Under the pieces are notes generated by a model. It worked only from the letters and a program-made list of their open reading frames with translations, was not told the origin of the DNA and ran no database searches. Made by a program: the position numbers and the translations under genes. Of a stretch of 64,000 nucleotides of DNA, positions 13,542 to 26,702 are shown piece by piece (position 1 is the stretch's first letter; every line of letters starts with the position of its first letter). The DNA comes from Amoeboaphelidium protococcarum X5 (Eukaryota; Fungi; Aphelidiomycota). Location: the NCBI GenBank assembly GCA_023515725.1, contig JALDTO010000013.1, positions 62,001 to 126,000 on the forward strand, written 5' to 3'.

Positions 13542-16526
13542 ATGCAAGCCCTTTACCGGCTATTTGTATTATTCAGTTGGCTTTAGGTTGTCCATTTAGA
13601 AGACTTCTAGAAGATATATGCCAAGTCTAAATTTAGACAACGTCTGTCAAAATTCTCAGTGAATGCTAATTTTACATTAAAATCTTCATTTCGAAGATCT
13701 TAAGTCAAATACAAGTTCACATATTATTGCACACTAAATTTGAGCTCCTATAAGTATATGACAGAAACGGTTAGAAGTTAGTAAAGATATTGCTACAGCG
13801 TTGTGAACAGGTAGTCTGATGGTGTGGCGGTTATAGCGTGCTAATCGCCTTTGTATGAAAATCAAATACTGGTGATGGGTAGCAATAGAAGTGTACTGTC
13901 TACTATCACTTGGTAGTATCCCTCCGCTGTATAGAATTGGCCTTATGCTATCACGATGGATTGGTGCTCAGAGGATGTGTTTGTTTCAGGTCAAACTGGT
14001 AATGGTGATAGCACAAATGCGTTTGTATCAAGAATTGCTCGTAATGGTACAGTGCTGTGGTCAACTGAGATTTTTAATGCAACAACGGCTTCAACGGTTG
14101 CTAGCACAGTGTAATACTCCTCTATCAGTCGATAAGTGCTTCTTGGTGGCTGGCTTACTGTCTCGCGTTAATCTCCGGCTTCTGATTTAGATGGATTTTT
14201 TGCTTCTGTGTCCAGTGATGGTGCAGTGCAATTTATCAAGACTTTCGGAAATGCCGCTGTGAATGATCAAGTTTTCAATGCTGTGCTATATGGAAACACG
14301 TCCGTAGCTTTAGTCGGGGTCGGTATTGCTAGTAACAGAGCTGCCATTTGGAATTATGGCATCAATGGTACTCTGGTTTGGTCATCGTCATTGCCTATTG
14401 CTAGTGAGTATCGCAGCGTTAAATATTATGGTGGATACTTGTACTCTGCTGGTTCATTCTAAGGGTCACTTGGTGGGTAAACTTCTAACAATGTAGATTT
14501 CCTTTTGACGCGTTACTCTCCTTCTCAGAATGGTATTATGGATTCAAGTTTTGTCAAGTCTTGGGGAACTAGTGCTGCCGACTATTGTCATGACTTTTTT
14601 TACGATGCCGCGTCTACTCATTACATTATGGTTGGGAAGTAGGTAAATGGAATAGGTGCCACTACATATGTATTTTTAGAGACCACATTTGGCTCGTTTT
14701 AGAGCAACTCTGCGTCTATGGGCGTGATAGCGTATCTTAACTCTGTTGCTCTGCTGAATGATCGCTCAATATTTGCAGTTGGCGCTAATGATACGTTTAC
14801 CGCTGACTTTGGTCGCGCTGGTTTCTACGTTAATACAAATGCCTTAAAGCCATACCAGGCATCAATTACCGTCAGTGCGTGTTATTCTCCCACCATGGCT
14901 CCTACAACTTCTGTTGTTATAACTACGACGACCACTACGACATCTACTACCACTACAACTACCACTACAAGCACCACGACTACTACTGCGTCTACTATTA
15001 CTACCACTACGACCACTACTGCCTCTACTATTACACCTACAACCACTACTACCACGCCGGCGACTACATTAATAATTGCAACATCGTCCGCTAATAGCAT
15101 CTCCATTAGCGTAGTGTCCTCCTCGCTAAATACTTTTGGATTGAATAGCACGACAAATCTATACGGTAGTGCATCTGTTGATTTTACTACATCTGCTTAC
15201 TATCTTTATACGTCAAGTGAGGCACTTATCAGCTATTCGACCTCATTGTCCTCATCATTGCTGGCAACATCCTAGTACTATACGTAAAGCTCCTCAGTCG
15301 CTCAAACAAGTCTTGTAAATTCTAGTTCTTTAAGTTTGATTGCATCCTCTATTAGCCTGGGGGATGATCTTGGATTGCCTTCTAGTACACCACTGACAAG
15401 TTCCACGGTGCAGACGTCGCATCAGTTTCATGCTAGTGGGGATGTGTGGCATGTATTAAGCTCTATGGAGTTATCTAATACTCAAAGTCCCCGAAATGGT
15501 GATTTTGGAGTTGACTCGTCACAATCTTCAGGATCCACTATTATGTTTGTTCTGATCTCCATATTGATTGTACTCTTTGTTATGTTTCTGACTTTACTTG
15601 CGCTGTATAAGTATCACAGACAGCGAAAATCGCGCTTTACATCCAAGGTGCGTTAGAGTATCTCCAGTAATACGTCATCACTGCCTTGGTATGGAACATC
15701 CTATTAAAATGGTATGACTACACAAATTACTCAGAACACATCGAATAGTATGCAGACATAAGTTGCAACTGCTCACGTTTTTGCAATTCCAGCCTTCATG
15801 CTTGCAAGGTTTGGTATAGACTTTAGAATAGGAGACTCTATTGCTAAAGGTGGCAACGGTACTATATTCCAGGCGCAGGTTATAAATCCGCTGTTTCAGA
15901 GTATGGTAGATCCTGGAGTACCAATTGTATTCAAGTCGGTCGGTAGAAAGTTAACAGAGTTGAATGAGATAATGCGAGTCTCGTTCATGTAAGAACTAAG
16001 CATTATGTACAGGTTCAAAGATGATCCAAGATTTGCTCGCTTGTATGCTTATACTGAGGAACCGGCCGGTATTTTGATGATGCATTACGAGTTCGGATCG
16101 CTTGGTGGTTATCTATTTAAAAGGCACGAATCTTTGCAACTCTGTCAGTTTCCATACAGTAAACGCCAGTTTATATACATTCTGAAATTGTTGGCTCAAG
16201 CTCTGACTCTGATGCATGCCAATGGAGTGGCTCATCTGGACATTAAGCCGGACAATGCTTTACTGAACATTGACTCTGAAGGCAGGTTGTTTCCAGTGTT
16301 GACGGATTTTGGAATCTCTAGAATTATTGACCAACAGTCTCTTAAAGTCAAAGCCATGCAGATTAGTTAATTGAAGGGCGCATCTCTGTCCTATGCATGC
16401 CCAGAAATCTTGCAGATTTTTAGAGGTACAAGACGAGAAGATCCGCAAATGTTTTATCTGGCGGATGTGTACTCTTACTCCATAGTGCTTTTGGAAACAA
16501 TGACATCCAAACGTGCTTATCACTGA
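13542..16526 (+). CDS. Receptor-like protein kinase: signal peptide, beta-propeller ectodomain, Thr/Ser stalk, one TM, C-terminally short kinase
   Basis: One frame of 995 codons (alternative ATG 13509); TM IMFVLISILIVLFVMFLTLLALY; AKGGNG, VFK, HLDIKPDN, DFG, YACPE, DVYSYS. Confidence 0.88.
14895..15070 (+). repeat. ACN trinucleotide low-complexity tract (poly-Thr mucin-like stalk)
   Basis: ACT/ACC/ACG runs inside the kinase gene. Confidence 0.85.
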
Positions 16527-16603
16527 TTTAATGTTTAATATAATGCAATAGGAATGAATGAACATAAAGATAAAGTTATCCAATTGACAACTACTAAGTG
16601 TAT

Positions 16604-17199
16604 TCATTCAGTATTCAACTGCTTCAACAATTACGCGTAACGTTCATAACCGATAAGCAAATTCTCAACACGCTTCTATATTAACATGACTTCCTGAAAC
16701 TAATGCCGTTAGGTATTGAACATTTCTATCACTCTATTAACTTGAACATCTACAATCATTAGAATATGAGTAGTAGTAGATAGTATAAAGAGTTAAACTT
16801 ACAATCATTATCAATCTAGCATAATCGGTCGATGCTTTCCGCAAGATCTGGCTAACAAATCTTTTTCAACAGTTGACAAAGCTCAATCAGATTCTCTCTA
16901 TTGGCCACAATGTCTTGTCGTTGCAATTCAATTAGTTCCTAGTCATCCTGTTGAGATGAAGCAATTTAGTCACTTTCTTCCTCGACATCCACAACATTCA
17001 ACACCGTGTCGAGTTACCGCAACTTTGAAATCAATTGTTACAATGGTCGAACCTTCTCTTGCACTTCTTTCCATGCATTGACAGTAGAACGCAATTGCAT
17101 CAAACTATTGCTGGTTCTTGAATCATCATTCAGATCGCCATCAATTAAATGCTATTCAAGTGCATCGAATCTATACCTCAACGCGTCTAAATGGTCCAT
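16604..17199 (-). CDS. Small coiled-coil protein, dynactin p24 (DCTN3)-like
   Basis: MDHLDALRYRFDALE..QDIVANRENL..KRVENLLIGYERYAQLL; intron 16750-16802 gives 181 codons; size and pattern fit DCTN3. Confidence 0.5.
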
Positions 17200-17423
17200 G
17201 CTTATTGGAATTAGTTTCCTTAATGGTCGCTTCTAAATTAACTTGATGATTACGCAAAGCTACGATTACAAGAATGATCTCTTTTCTGATAGAACGCGTC
17301 TGATGATAATCTCACTCGTCCTCTTCTCGCCGTCGTTGTCTCGCGCTTTTCTCTTTTCTTCACACCAAACATTAAAAGCTGAGTACGTCTTGCCACTTTA
17401 ATACACACTATACCTTAACAGCA

Positions 17424-18474
17424 ATGCCTGGAAACGATAATAAGCCTAGAAATCGTATCATTTTTGGTAAGCTTATATTTTAGTAATTTTATGCTCATTA
17501 TGGTACTACTATATGTCTATCTATTCGAGTGTGTAGTGGGAAATCTGAATTAGGATATCACAGAGGCCATGGTGCAGGAGATATTTGGACGTGTCGGGCC
17601 CGTGAGGAGTGTAAGGATTCTGACAGACAAGGACACTGGTAGATACAAGGGATACGGATTCGTGGAGTATGATGACTTTGACACGGCGGAGAGTGCAGTG
17701 AGGAATTTGAATGGCGAGAAGTTATCGGGGCGTCCTTTGCGTGTACATTACAGTGTTGATGATGCAACTGCGGAGAAGACTCCTCCTGGTGGTAGTGCTG
17801 GTGGTCATGTATAGTAATAGTAGTACCAATAGTTTTAGTAGTAGTAGTAGCCTCCCATGATGCCGCCATAGTATGGTCAAATGCCTGGAATGTATCCTCA
17901 GTAAATGCCTCCTATGCCATAATAATAATAATAGTAATAATAACAATAGTAGTAATAGTAGTAATAGCCACCAATGATGCCTATTGCTCCTACTGAAGAT
18001 GCTATACAAGCGCTACTTTCTTAGTCTACTCCTAGCTAGTTATATGATTTGTTGAGTCAGTTAAAGTCTCTGGTTCACACTAATTATGATCTGGCTCGAA
18101 GTATCTTGGTCAATAACCCGATGGTGTGTTATGCTGTATTTCAATCACTCATGCTGATGGGCGTAGTTGGTTAGAATACAATGCAGAGTGTACTCCAAGG
18201 TGGTGGTCATGTTTAGCAATAGCAGTAGCAGTAATAATAACCTATGGGAATGCCACCGTCTAATCCTTTGTAGCAGCAATACGCGCCACCGTAGTAATAA
18301 TTATAGTAGCCTTCTAGTGGTGGTCAATAAGTTGATCCAAAGCAGTAGGCTATAATGTAGATTATGCAACTTACAGATGCGCAGATCAGTGCTCTGCCTG
18401 CTGATTAAAAGTAACAAGTTTTGGCCCTTAGACAGCATTTAATGCAGCAACAACAATAGCAAATGACCAGGTGA
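17424..18474 (+). CDS. RNA15: Cleavage stimulation factor 64 kDa subunit (CSTF2/Rna15)
   Basis: RRM IFVGNL..DKDTGRYKGYGFVEY; hinge QLYDLLSQLK..ARSILVNNP; C-term MQLTDAQISALP; intron 17467-17536. Confidence 0.93.
17812..17967 (+). repeat. Poly-Gln tracts encoded mainly by TAA/TAG
   Basis: TAA TAA TAA TAA TAG TAA TAA TAA CAA TAG TAG TAA TAG TAG TAA TAG in frame between the RRM and hinge of CSTF2. Confidence 0.9.
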
Positions 18475-18551
18475 AATACAAATAATATAAATCTACTTAT
18501 TAATGATCAGGGAAATTAAAAGAGTTCTTTATTACTATTGTTACAGCATAA

Positions 18552-19166
18552 TCATTTGTAAACTACGCGTTGGTTGTTGCTATTTCTTCTAGCCTCCTTC
18601 TTCTATTGCGTCTTGCTCTTCATCATCTCCTGGGAATCAGATTATTAGAGCATAGCACCAGGCATCATCTATTTGACAGTCGACACGAATTTCAATGTAG
18701 ATGACGCGACTCTATACAAGGCGTACAGTGGTAGGAACCAGAATAATGACCAGATGTTAAGCACCACTCTTCGCTGAGTTCCCACTATGAATTACGGCAG
18801 AGTCCACGTAAGAGTTTCGTCAAATGGTGAAAATATAAATACTAGAACCGCCAGGTATAAACCGTCAATGCATAGCTCAGCGACTAGTGTAGGCTTATGC
18901 AGGTTGAGACTGGTTATCTGTTTATCTGCACTAGATTGACTTCTGACCGGTCTCGATGCATAATGCAGGTAGCCTAGCGCGACAATAGAAATCACACTAA
19001 GCACAATCAATGGCGTCCACGCGGCATTATAAGAGGAGCGATACACAGCTATGAGCAACAATCGTAAAGCGAAACTCAACACAGCCGCTATTAGAAGCAG
19101 TACTCTTAGTTATGACAGCAGCTATGCGTTCTATTGTATAACTTTCTTTTATGCTTAGTTAGCCAT
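18552..19166 (-). CDS. SND2: SRP-independent targeting protein Snd2/TMEM208
   Basis: MAN(Q)A(Q)KK..N start, TM helices, basic C-term KSKTQ(Q)KKEARR..VYK; 205 codons. Confidence 0.8.
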
Positions 19167-19359
19167 AATAACCTTCTTCTACTTCTTTTGTTCTACAAAA
19201 AAATTTACGAGGTTAGAGATGGAAGTGCAATGTTCTCAGCGAGCTCTCTTCTTTTTATTCTGTTCGTCCGCGCAATTCTCCGATATCTTTAAGTTTTTAC
19301 TCAAAAGCATTGGTTAATACTGCATCCATTAATTACAGCGTTAATAGATTTGTGATTAA

Positions 19360-20091
19360 ATGTTCTTTTTGAAATCGCTGACATAGAGAGTGGAAGTGCT
19401 GCCTAGTGAATTTGGACCAGATATTAAGGGAACGATTGCTGAGAAACTCACGCAGATGATCAAATCTGCACACACTTTAAATTAATAAACGGCAGCCACT
19501 AACCTTGGATAAAGCTCACTGAATACTGTTGGTTCTGCTATGGGATGCACTGGGCGGTATGGATATTAGATTGCAGTCGCATAGGTGGAAGAGGTATCGG
19601 ATGGGGAAATTCCTGCGTCTAATTTGTTATCTCAATCTGCGGGATCAGCATTCTATCACGTTAAATATAAGGCTATCCTGTTTAAGCCTTTCAAGGGTGA
19701 AGTTATCGATTGCCTAGTGGGTGCTGTGAATAAAATGGGGTTCTTCGCCCACGCCGGCCCACTCTAGATATTTGTGAGTAAGCACTTGATTCCTGCTGAT
19801 TTGGAGTTTCATGAGGGTGGTGGTGGAGGTGTTATAGGCGGAGATCTCGGTTCTAATATGGAATTGGATGATGGCGGAGATGGCGATGATGCAGTTCAAT
19901 AGAGCCAGATGGTGAATTTGGGCGGTGGATCTGCTTATGTAAATGATGACGGATCCGTGCGAGTGGAGAGTGGACGTTGGGTGCGAGTGAGGATTGTCGG
20001 TACGCGTTTGGATGCCAATGAAATATTCGCCATCGGCACCATGAGAGAAGATTATCTCGGAGTTTTGGATAGCAATGCAAACACCTTGTGA
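19360..20091 (+). CDS. RPB7: RNA polymerase II subunit Rpb7 with insertions
   Basis: MFFLK..LPSEFGP, GCTGRYGY, YKAILFKPFKGEVID, VNKMGFFAHAGPL, IFAIGTMREDYLG; 243 aa. Confidence 0.95.
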
Positions 20092-20138
20092 ATATAAATT
20101 TATATGCATAGAAGTTTATCTTTTAAAAAATGACATTT

Positions 20139-20969
20139 TCATTTGTTATTATTAACATCGTAGTAGTCTACATGTTGCCCTTTACTGTACTGATCAGATT
20201 GTAAAAGTTACCATAAAACGCGCGCGCTGTCAGATGCTTCAACTAACTAATTCTACTAATGCATATCTTTGAATTGCTTCAACACTGGAGAATCACCAGG
20301 CATGGAACTACGTATCAGTGGTTGCATATCAGTGCCAGACAATGGGCCTGGAGCATAATTCAGGCATTTAATCTAAAACTTTATTTTCTTGTTATCGGTG
20401 GAAGACTGTTGTATGGAATACTCTTCCACGACTGATTTCATAAAATGGTCACGCGCACTCTTTAATGAGCCATAAACTGACCACGCGTCAAAGTGTGCAA
20501 TTGCAGCCAGACTACTAATATTCACAATAAATAATTCCTGTATTCCATCTTACTGTATGCACATGTCCATCACTATAGATGTCATTAAGAGGACTGACTG
20601 ATAGTTCAAATTCACAACCTGAGTCAGTTCATCAGAGTACCTGTGTAGATCCTGCACTCTCACCAACGGCCCCAAAGATCCAGCATTGTGAAACAGAAAG
20701 ATTCGGCTCGCCCTTTGAAGGAGATCTTTCAGTAATTATTCAAACCCAGTTTACCATTAGAGACCAGATAGATCTAGTACAAGAATGTGACATTTTACAT
20801 TTGAATTCATAGTTTTAACTTTTTACTATAACTCTTTCAATTACTGTACATTTCGTGCAATTAACAAAAGTTCAGTGTTAACAGTATTTGAACTTAAGAA
20901 TGGACTCTATAAAACAATTTGCCGACCAAATCCTCTAGACGCGCCCGTTACTATAATAAGTGTACTCAT
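20139..20969 (-). CDS. Sepiapterin reductase-like short-chain dehydrogenase
   Basis: IVTGASRGFG, HNAGSLG, VNISSLAA..WSVYGSLKSARD, NYAPGP..TDMQ, GQHVDYYD; 277 codons. Confidence 0.88.
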
Positions 20970-21304
20970 ATCTTTCTTTTGCAAACTTATAACCTCTAAC
21001 TTGTTTAAATCTTCAAACGAGACAATGACGCGATCGCTTAGTTCTAGGTAGTCAGTAGCTCCTTTTCGGTGTTTAGCGAGCGAGCAATGCAGCGATCAAT
21101 CAGTCAATCAGTGTAAGGTTAAACGCGACCGAAATTTCTACGAATTTGACAGAAAACTGAAATTTTCGCCTGATCTCCCTCAACCTATTCTTATTCTTAT
21201 ATCCCCACCTTAATTGACTTACGCGTCGAGGAAAGCCATTTTAAAGACTTTACCTGGTGAACTTTGAATCTCATTTAAACAAAAATATTGATAAATAAAT
21301 AATA

Positions 21305-21637
21305 ATGAAGTACTTGGCTGCATATTTATTGTCTTCTCTGACCGAAGAGGCTCCTACCAAGGACAAGGTCAAGTCCATTCTGTCCAGCGTCGGTGCTGAG
21401 GTTGCTGATGACCGCCTGAACGCCCTGTTCACCGCTCTGGAGGGTAAGGATCTGGCACAGCTGATCACCGAGGGTAACTCCAAGTTGGCTTCCGTTGCTT
21501 CCGTCTCTGTGTCTGCCGGTGGCGCCGCTTCTGGTTCATCTGGTGCTGGTGCCTCTGCTGACAAGGCTGAGGAGAAGGCTGCCGAGAAGGAGGAAGAGGA
21601 GAGTGACGATGACATGGGATTCGGTCTATTCGACTGA
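21305..21637 (+). CDS. RPP2: 60S acidic ribosomal protein P2
   Basis: MKYLAAYLL...[14 protein letters not shown]; ends TGA. Confidence 0.98.
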   Translation: MKYLAAYLLSSLTEEAPTKDKVKSILSSVGAEVADDRLNALFTALEGKDLAQLITEGNSKLASVASVSVSAGGAASGSSGAGASADKAEEKAAEKEEEESDDDMGFGLFD

Positions 21638-21730
21638 TTGAAATCTCTTTAAATAGATTCGATTACTCATTACTTATGAATGGGCTATTGTTAAATTTGC
21701 ATTTATACTTTATTGTACAGTCAGTTCTGA

Positions 21731-23455
21731 TCATTGCTTTATTCGCATTTCACACTCGATAGACTACTACCCAATTTACATATAAAATCCAATTTAATGA
21801 TGATCTTTTAAAGGCTCTTTGATTTCAGGATGAACTTCATACAGCAATTCTACGTGACAGCCAGCCTGAAGAGCAAATTTTCTCTTCAAATGAAGTTTGA
21901 GAATTTTAACTGGCGTGTGCTTAGATAGTTAGATTCTTACAGTGTTATGAACACTTATATCTTTTTCTATACTTGCAATAACAGATATCATATTTGGATT
22001 CGCGGTACCTTTGCTCATAGACTTTAGTTGCATGATATCATTAGGAATCATCAAGTCTTTAGAGTATTTTACGCAAAGTTCCTCCAATCGGTGATTATTC
22101 AATCTTAATCGCGATATAGCCTCATTAAACTCACTTTAATCCTCTAACTATGATTGCTCTTCAGAATACTGTTTTACTGAAGCTACTACTTCCTTCTCAA
22201 TTACACTCAAGTAGTACAGCTCAGCATCACGTCTGGAATAGCTATCAAGTCTCTTTATTAGAGCCTTTTCTTGAATTAACACTCCATTGAGATACTATAA
22301 TTTGGGACAACGCGCAATACAAATGTTCATAAATCGATCATAGGATTCATCCAAAGCATTACCACAGTGCTCACCATTACCGCCATCAACCAATGGATTG
22401 TAAACTAGTTTGAGCCATTCCAGATTAGGAAATGCCCGATTAAGATTATCAATTTCCATCCAAGTTGAGACTTTATTATGAGATATATTCAATTTGCATA
22501 ATTTATCAAGACTACAGGGAACTGTCTCGACTATTTACAACATATTGTGAGACAATTCCAAATGTCGCAGATTGGGGAAGTGACAAGATACCCATGACAC
22601 TACGCGCGTCATATCTGATATAGAGTTCCGTTAGAGACTAAGGTATTATATTTGAGGGAATTAGAGGAGTACAGAGAATTCCTAAATCTTATCGTCAATG
22701 TTATTACGATCCAAATGCAATTCTGTGACATTCGGCAGACAATTCAAGATCACCTATAGAGATTGTGGCGATAGATCAACATTATTCAGAATCAGAGTTT
22801 CCACACTTGAATTAACACTCAACTATTGCACGTCTCTGGCATACAATTAGGGATCGAAATAATTGCCAGATAGATTGAGCACCTTCAAGTTGGTAAGGTG
22901 GTGGCAGCACTGAATTACTTGAGACAGGTCATTAATCAGATTGTACGACAGATCTAAATTAAGAGTATCACACACATTCATACAAGCTTTCCCAGTAGTG
23001 ACATTCTAACTTTAAAAAGACGATAAAAGTCCATCTAGAGATGATACGCGACACCTACTTAGATCTACCGTTTGAATAGGTTTCATATTGGATCGCCGCA
23101 GAGAGATGTCAACGTTCGCAGAGCCAAATCCCTCAGATTCAATTTAAAATGATTACAGGTACTTCTCTTGATAAGCCTCCAAAAAATCTCTACCAAAATC
23201 AAGTTTTACAGATGCTTTTATAAATGAACCAGCACCATTTTATTTACTTCGAAAATATTATACACCATCTAAGCTGCCACTATGTTTACCGCGACTGGAA
23301 TCATCCCATTCCACACCAAACCACAGTTCTTCACCTTATTTTGAATGCAGCTTGCCATGATACTTCACGGTTCCCAAATAGCCATGGTATTCAAATCTCT
23401 TACCAATAATAGTATCATCATTTTTCTAATTATATATGTTATTTTACAGCGTCAT
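21731..23455 (-). CDS. TBCE: Tubulin-specific chaperone E (CAP-Gly, LRR, Ubl)
   Basis: GTVKYHG..WFGVEWDDSSRGKHSG..GSFIK; LRRs; IARCPKL..RRDAELYYL; 575 codons. Confidence 0.92.
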
Positions 23456-23599
23456 TTTCTTATAAAGCTGCTCCAAAATTCCTTTACTTACGAGAATTTA
23501 ATTTGGCCAATTGAAAGACGAGACGCGAGAGAGATCTTTTTTACCAACACTTTAGCATTTTTTATTTCTAAAAGATTAGAGGAAAATTTGAGTTACAGT

Positions 23600-24130
23600 A
23601 TGTTCGCGTCACTTTGTGGAGCTATGTCTCGAGTATCTATCACTCAGTAAAGTGGAATATCACGCGTCGCTACTCCTCTAGCGTTATTACCTTGCTTTAG
23701 ATCCTCTACCTCAGCATCGCTGCATGTGAATCAGTTATATTAGTCGAGATCAATGGCCACGCTTAACCAGGTCATCAATGGATGTCGCACTGAACGATAT
23801 CGAAAGTAGAAATCTCCGGCATTGGAAGGATGTCCTCTAAAGAAAGGTGTATGCCTGAAAGTATACACCGTGAAGCCAAAGAAGCCTAATAGTGCGCAGA
23901 GAAAAGTGGCCAAGGTGCGTCTTACGAATGGAAATGAGGTGATCGCGTATGTTCCCGGGGAAGGTCACACGCTGCAAGAGCACAGTGTTGTGGCTGTACG
24001 CGGCGGTAGAGTCAGTGATTGTCCTGGTGTTAAATATAAAATGATTCGTGGTATGTATGACTTGCAAGGTGTGGTTGGCAGAATGACATCACGATCTAAA
24101 TATGCCGCCAAGAGGCCCAAAAGCGATTGA
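23600..24130 (+). CDS. MRPS12: Mitochondrial ribosomal protein S12 (nuclear-encoded)
   Basis: R/S-rich presequence, [48 protein letters not shown]. Confidence 0.95.
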
Positions 24131-24251
24131 TTGATCAATCAGTCGATATAAAGGTGAATTCACTATTGATATAACGTTTACTTTAGAATAAAACTTTTCA
24201 TTTACTAGTTAAATTCATATTATACAAAAGTGAATAATTCATATTTCGATA

Positions 24252-26438
24252 TCACTTCCGAGTGGTGATATTAGCTTTATGCGGACTTTTGGCAGACTTG
24301 ACTTTCGTATTGACTGCCGCCGCAGTTGGTTTTACCGGCTGAGTTTTCATTGACGTGGTGAACGGCCGCTTGACTCCACTCTGATCTCTGTCTGCTTACT
24401 TCTTTTGGGGGAGTCTCTATTATTACTACTATTGTGGAATTGGAAACTGATCCCAGACAAACTTTTGAATTATCACAGGAACTTTCAACGAGCTTTCATT
24501 AAATATAGACTGCTTGGATTGATTCTTGGGCTTCAGACAAGATCGCGGTTAGATGTTGGAATTTTCCTTTGCATCATCATCATTATGGACAGGAGTAGCG
24601 GAAGCATATATCTCTGTCTTGTTATCAGCTAGAACCTTATTCTTACTGTCATTCCATTAAATTCTCTTCTCTGCAGCTTAACTATCTCCTGCACCTGCTG
24701 AACTCATCACTCGGCTCTAGCTCAAATTCACGAGAGCCAAGTCATTCTCCTTGCGTGAAATAGCAGCGAATCTGGCGAGAGTCTTTGCATTAGGACTCGC
24801 AGGCTTTGCTCCATGCTTATAAATCGTCTTATACTTGAGTGGACGGTGGTATTTCTTATTCAACGAGGTGTTGGCTTCGGTCAGTTGATCTAGTTCATAC
24901 TACGTCAGCTCATGCAAATTCTGCATCAACAGATCAATTTACTCTTACTTCAGCGACTTACCAACTGGAATGTGAAGTTACCTCTGTTACTACTTTTTAG
25001 GTGCGGGAGTTGACCGAGTTCGCATAGTGTAAGATTAGGTTTAATGGACAGTGGAAGTTGCATTCTTCACCTTTAAAGTTACTCCAGCTCTCTATTGATT
25101 ACTACTACCAGACTTTGCAATTGATTATGCAGATTTACTATTGCCATTACTATGAGATTACAAATTCTCTGCCAGCAACTGCTTCTTTTATCTGACGGCA
25201 TCAAGGATCTTCTACTAAGTCTCCTTGTCCAGAGTGGAAATAGTCTTAAGATCCAGTTGTGATACATCAATGTTCAGCGGTACTCCAGACACTTAAGGCA
25301 GAGGCAACTTTGACTGACTACCATGACTCTTGGAAATTTCTAAACTCTCCACCAATAAATTCACGGCCAGGTGATCTTCATCGACTCTAACGACATTCTT
25401 AAGACCCTATAAATTGTCACTTAATTCCAACGACTTTTTCAAGATGATCACTTTCGATGATGGGGCGCTCTGCTATAAAGCTTTCAACTTCAGATATCTT
25501 CGACACTGATATTAAAGTTATGTAAAAACGGGCTCATGAGCAGCGATTAGCAGCTGTTACTTTACAGAATCACTGCAGAGTTAACTCTTCAGCTACTTAG
25601 ATTTAAGCTAAAACACCTGACGAAGCTCATAAACTGCCTTGAATACTTTAACGTAAAAGCGAAGCTTTCTCACTCTTCTGAACCATCTCTGAATGACAAT
25701 AACTGTTCTCGTCTTATTCTGCAACTACCTCTATCTATTTAACACCTTTCGCCACCAAATCTAGATACAAATGGCAGCATTTTCCCGTCTCTGGATGAAC
25801 TGTCGAAATCTCCACCTGCTTTGAATTAAACTAACAACACGCTACAAACGCACATACTTCAATCTGACAATATACAGTCTAACATTAGCCTAAATTTTAA
25901 TAGCCGCATTATTCTCAATTTCAAATTACTATATAGCATTCTTCTACTTCAAATACTGTCTACAATATTGCTAAATAACAATTGCACTTTAGATTTAAGT
26001 GCGATAAGACTTCACTTTGCGATACCATCTTTGTAGCTTAATGACACTACACTCTATCACCTCAAAGGGGCGTGAGTATTTCAATTCAATATCGCGCATC
26101 TTGCGAAAGTCAATTTCCTCAGTGTCAACTCTTCCCACATACACTTCTTTACTTGGCGTCCAAGCACCACTGGCAGAGGACTAAACAGCCACTTGTTCAT
26201 GTAAAATACTTGAAATTTTAGGCTTAACCGAAATAGAATTATTAGAGTCTTTCAATTACTTATTACAATTATTTTCTTAGCCAGCATTAGAGCGTTTAGT
26301 TCTAGTCTTAACTACAGGAGCAACTGTGTTTCGTCGAGGTGCCTGTTGAATCTAAATGGAAGCAGCAGTTTGATTCTAAGGCAACGAAGCAATAGACCTT
26401 GAGCGAAGAACTCTTCTAATTTAGTTAGAATCTTCCAT
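24252..26438 (-). CDS. Multi-IQ-motif protein of unknown function
   Basis: About six IQ motifs (IKLQRWYR, AIKI(Q)ANVR, LIQSRWR, AAICI(Q)IWWR, IVIQRWFR); 729 codons. Confidence 0.75.
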
Positions 26439-26702
26439 GCAGACTATATAAATGTAGTTATTTAGGTTCCACAGATCTGTATGTGAAGTACAGTAAGTGC
26501 AAATGTAGAATGCAACAACTAGAAGAAGAAGCGACTAGCAGTTGAAACAAAACGAAATTGAAAGATTTTGAAACGAAACGTTTAAAGCGGACCCTCTTAA
26601 GCCTCAACCAGCACATCTAAATATACACCGTAAAAACAATGTATTATGCAATTATATTGGATGCTAATAGGAAATTCATAACAGCAGAAAGTATGAGCAA
26701 AT

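Noticed and set aside
14879-15151. Tyr/His-rich and poly-Val ORFs
   Set aside because: Alternative frames of the poly-Thr stalk
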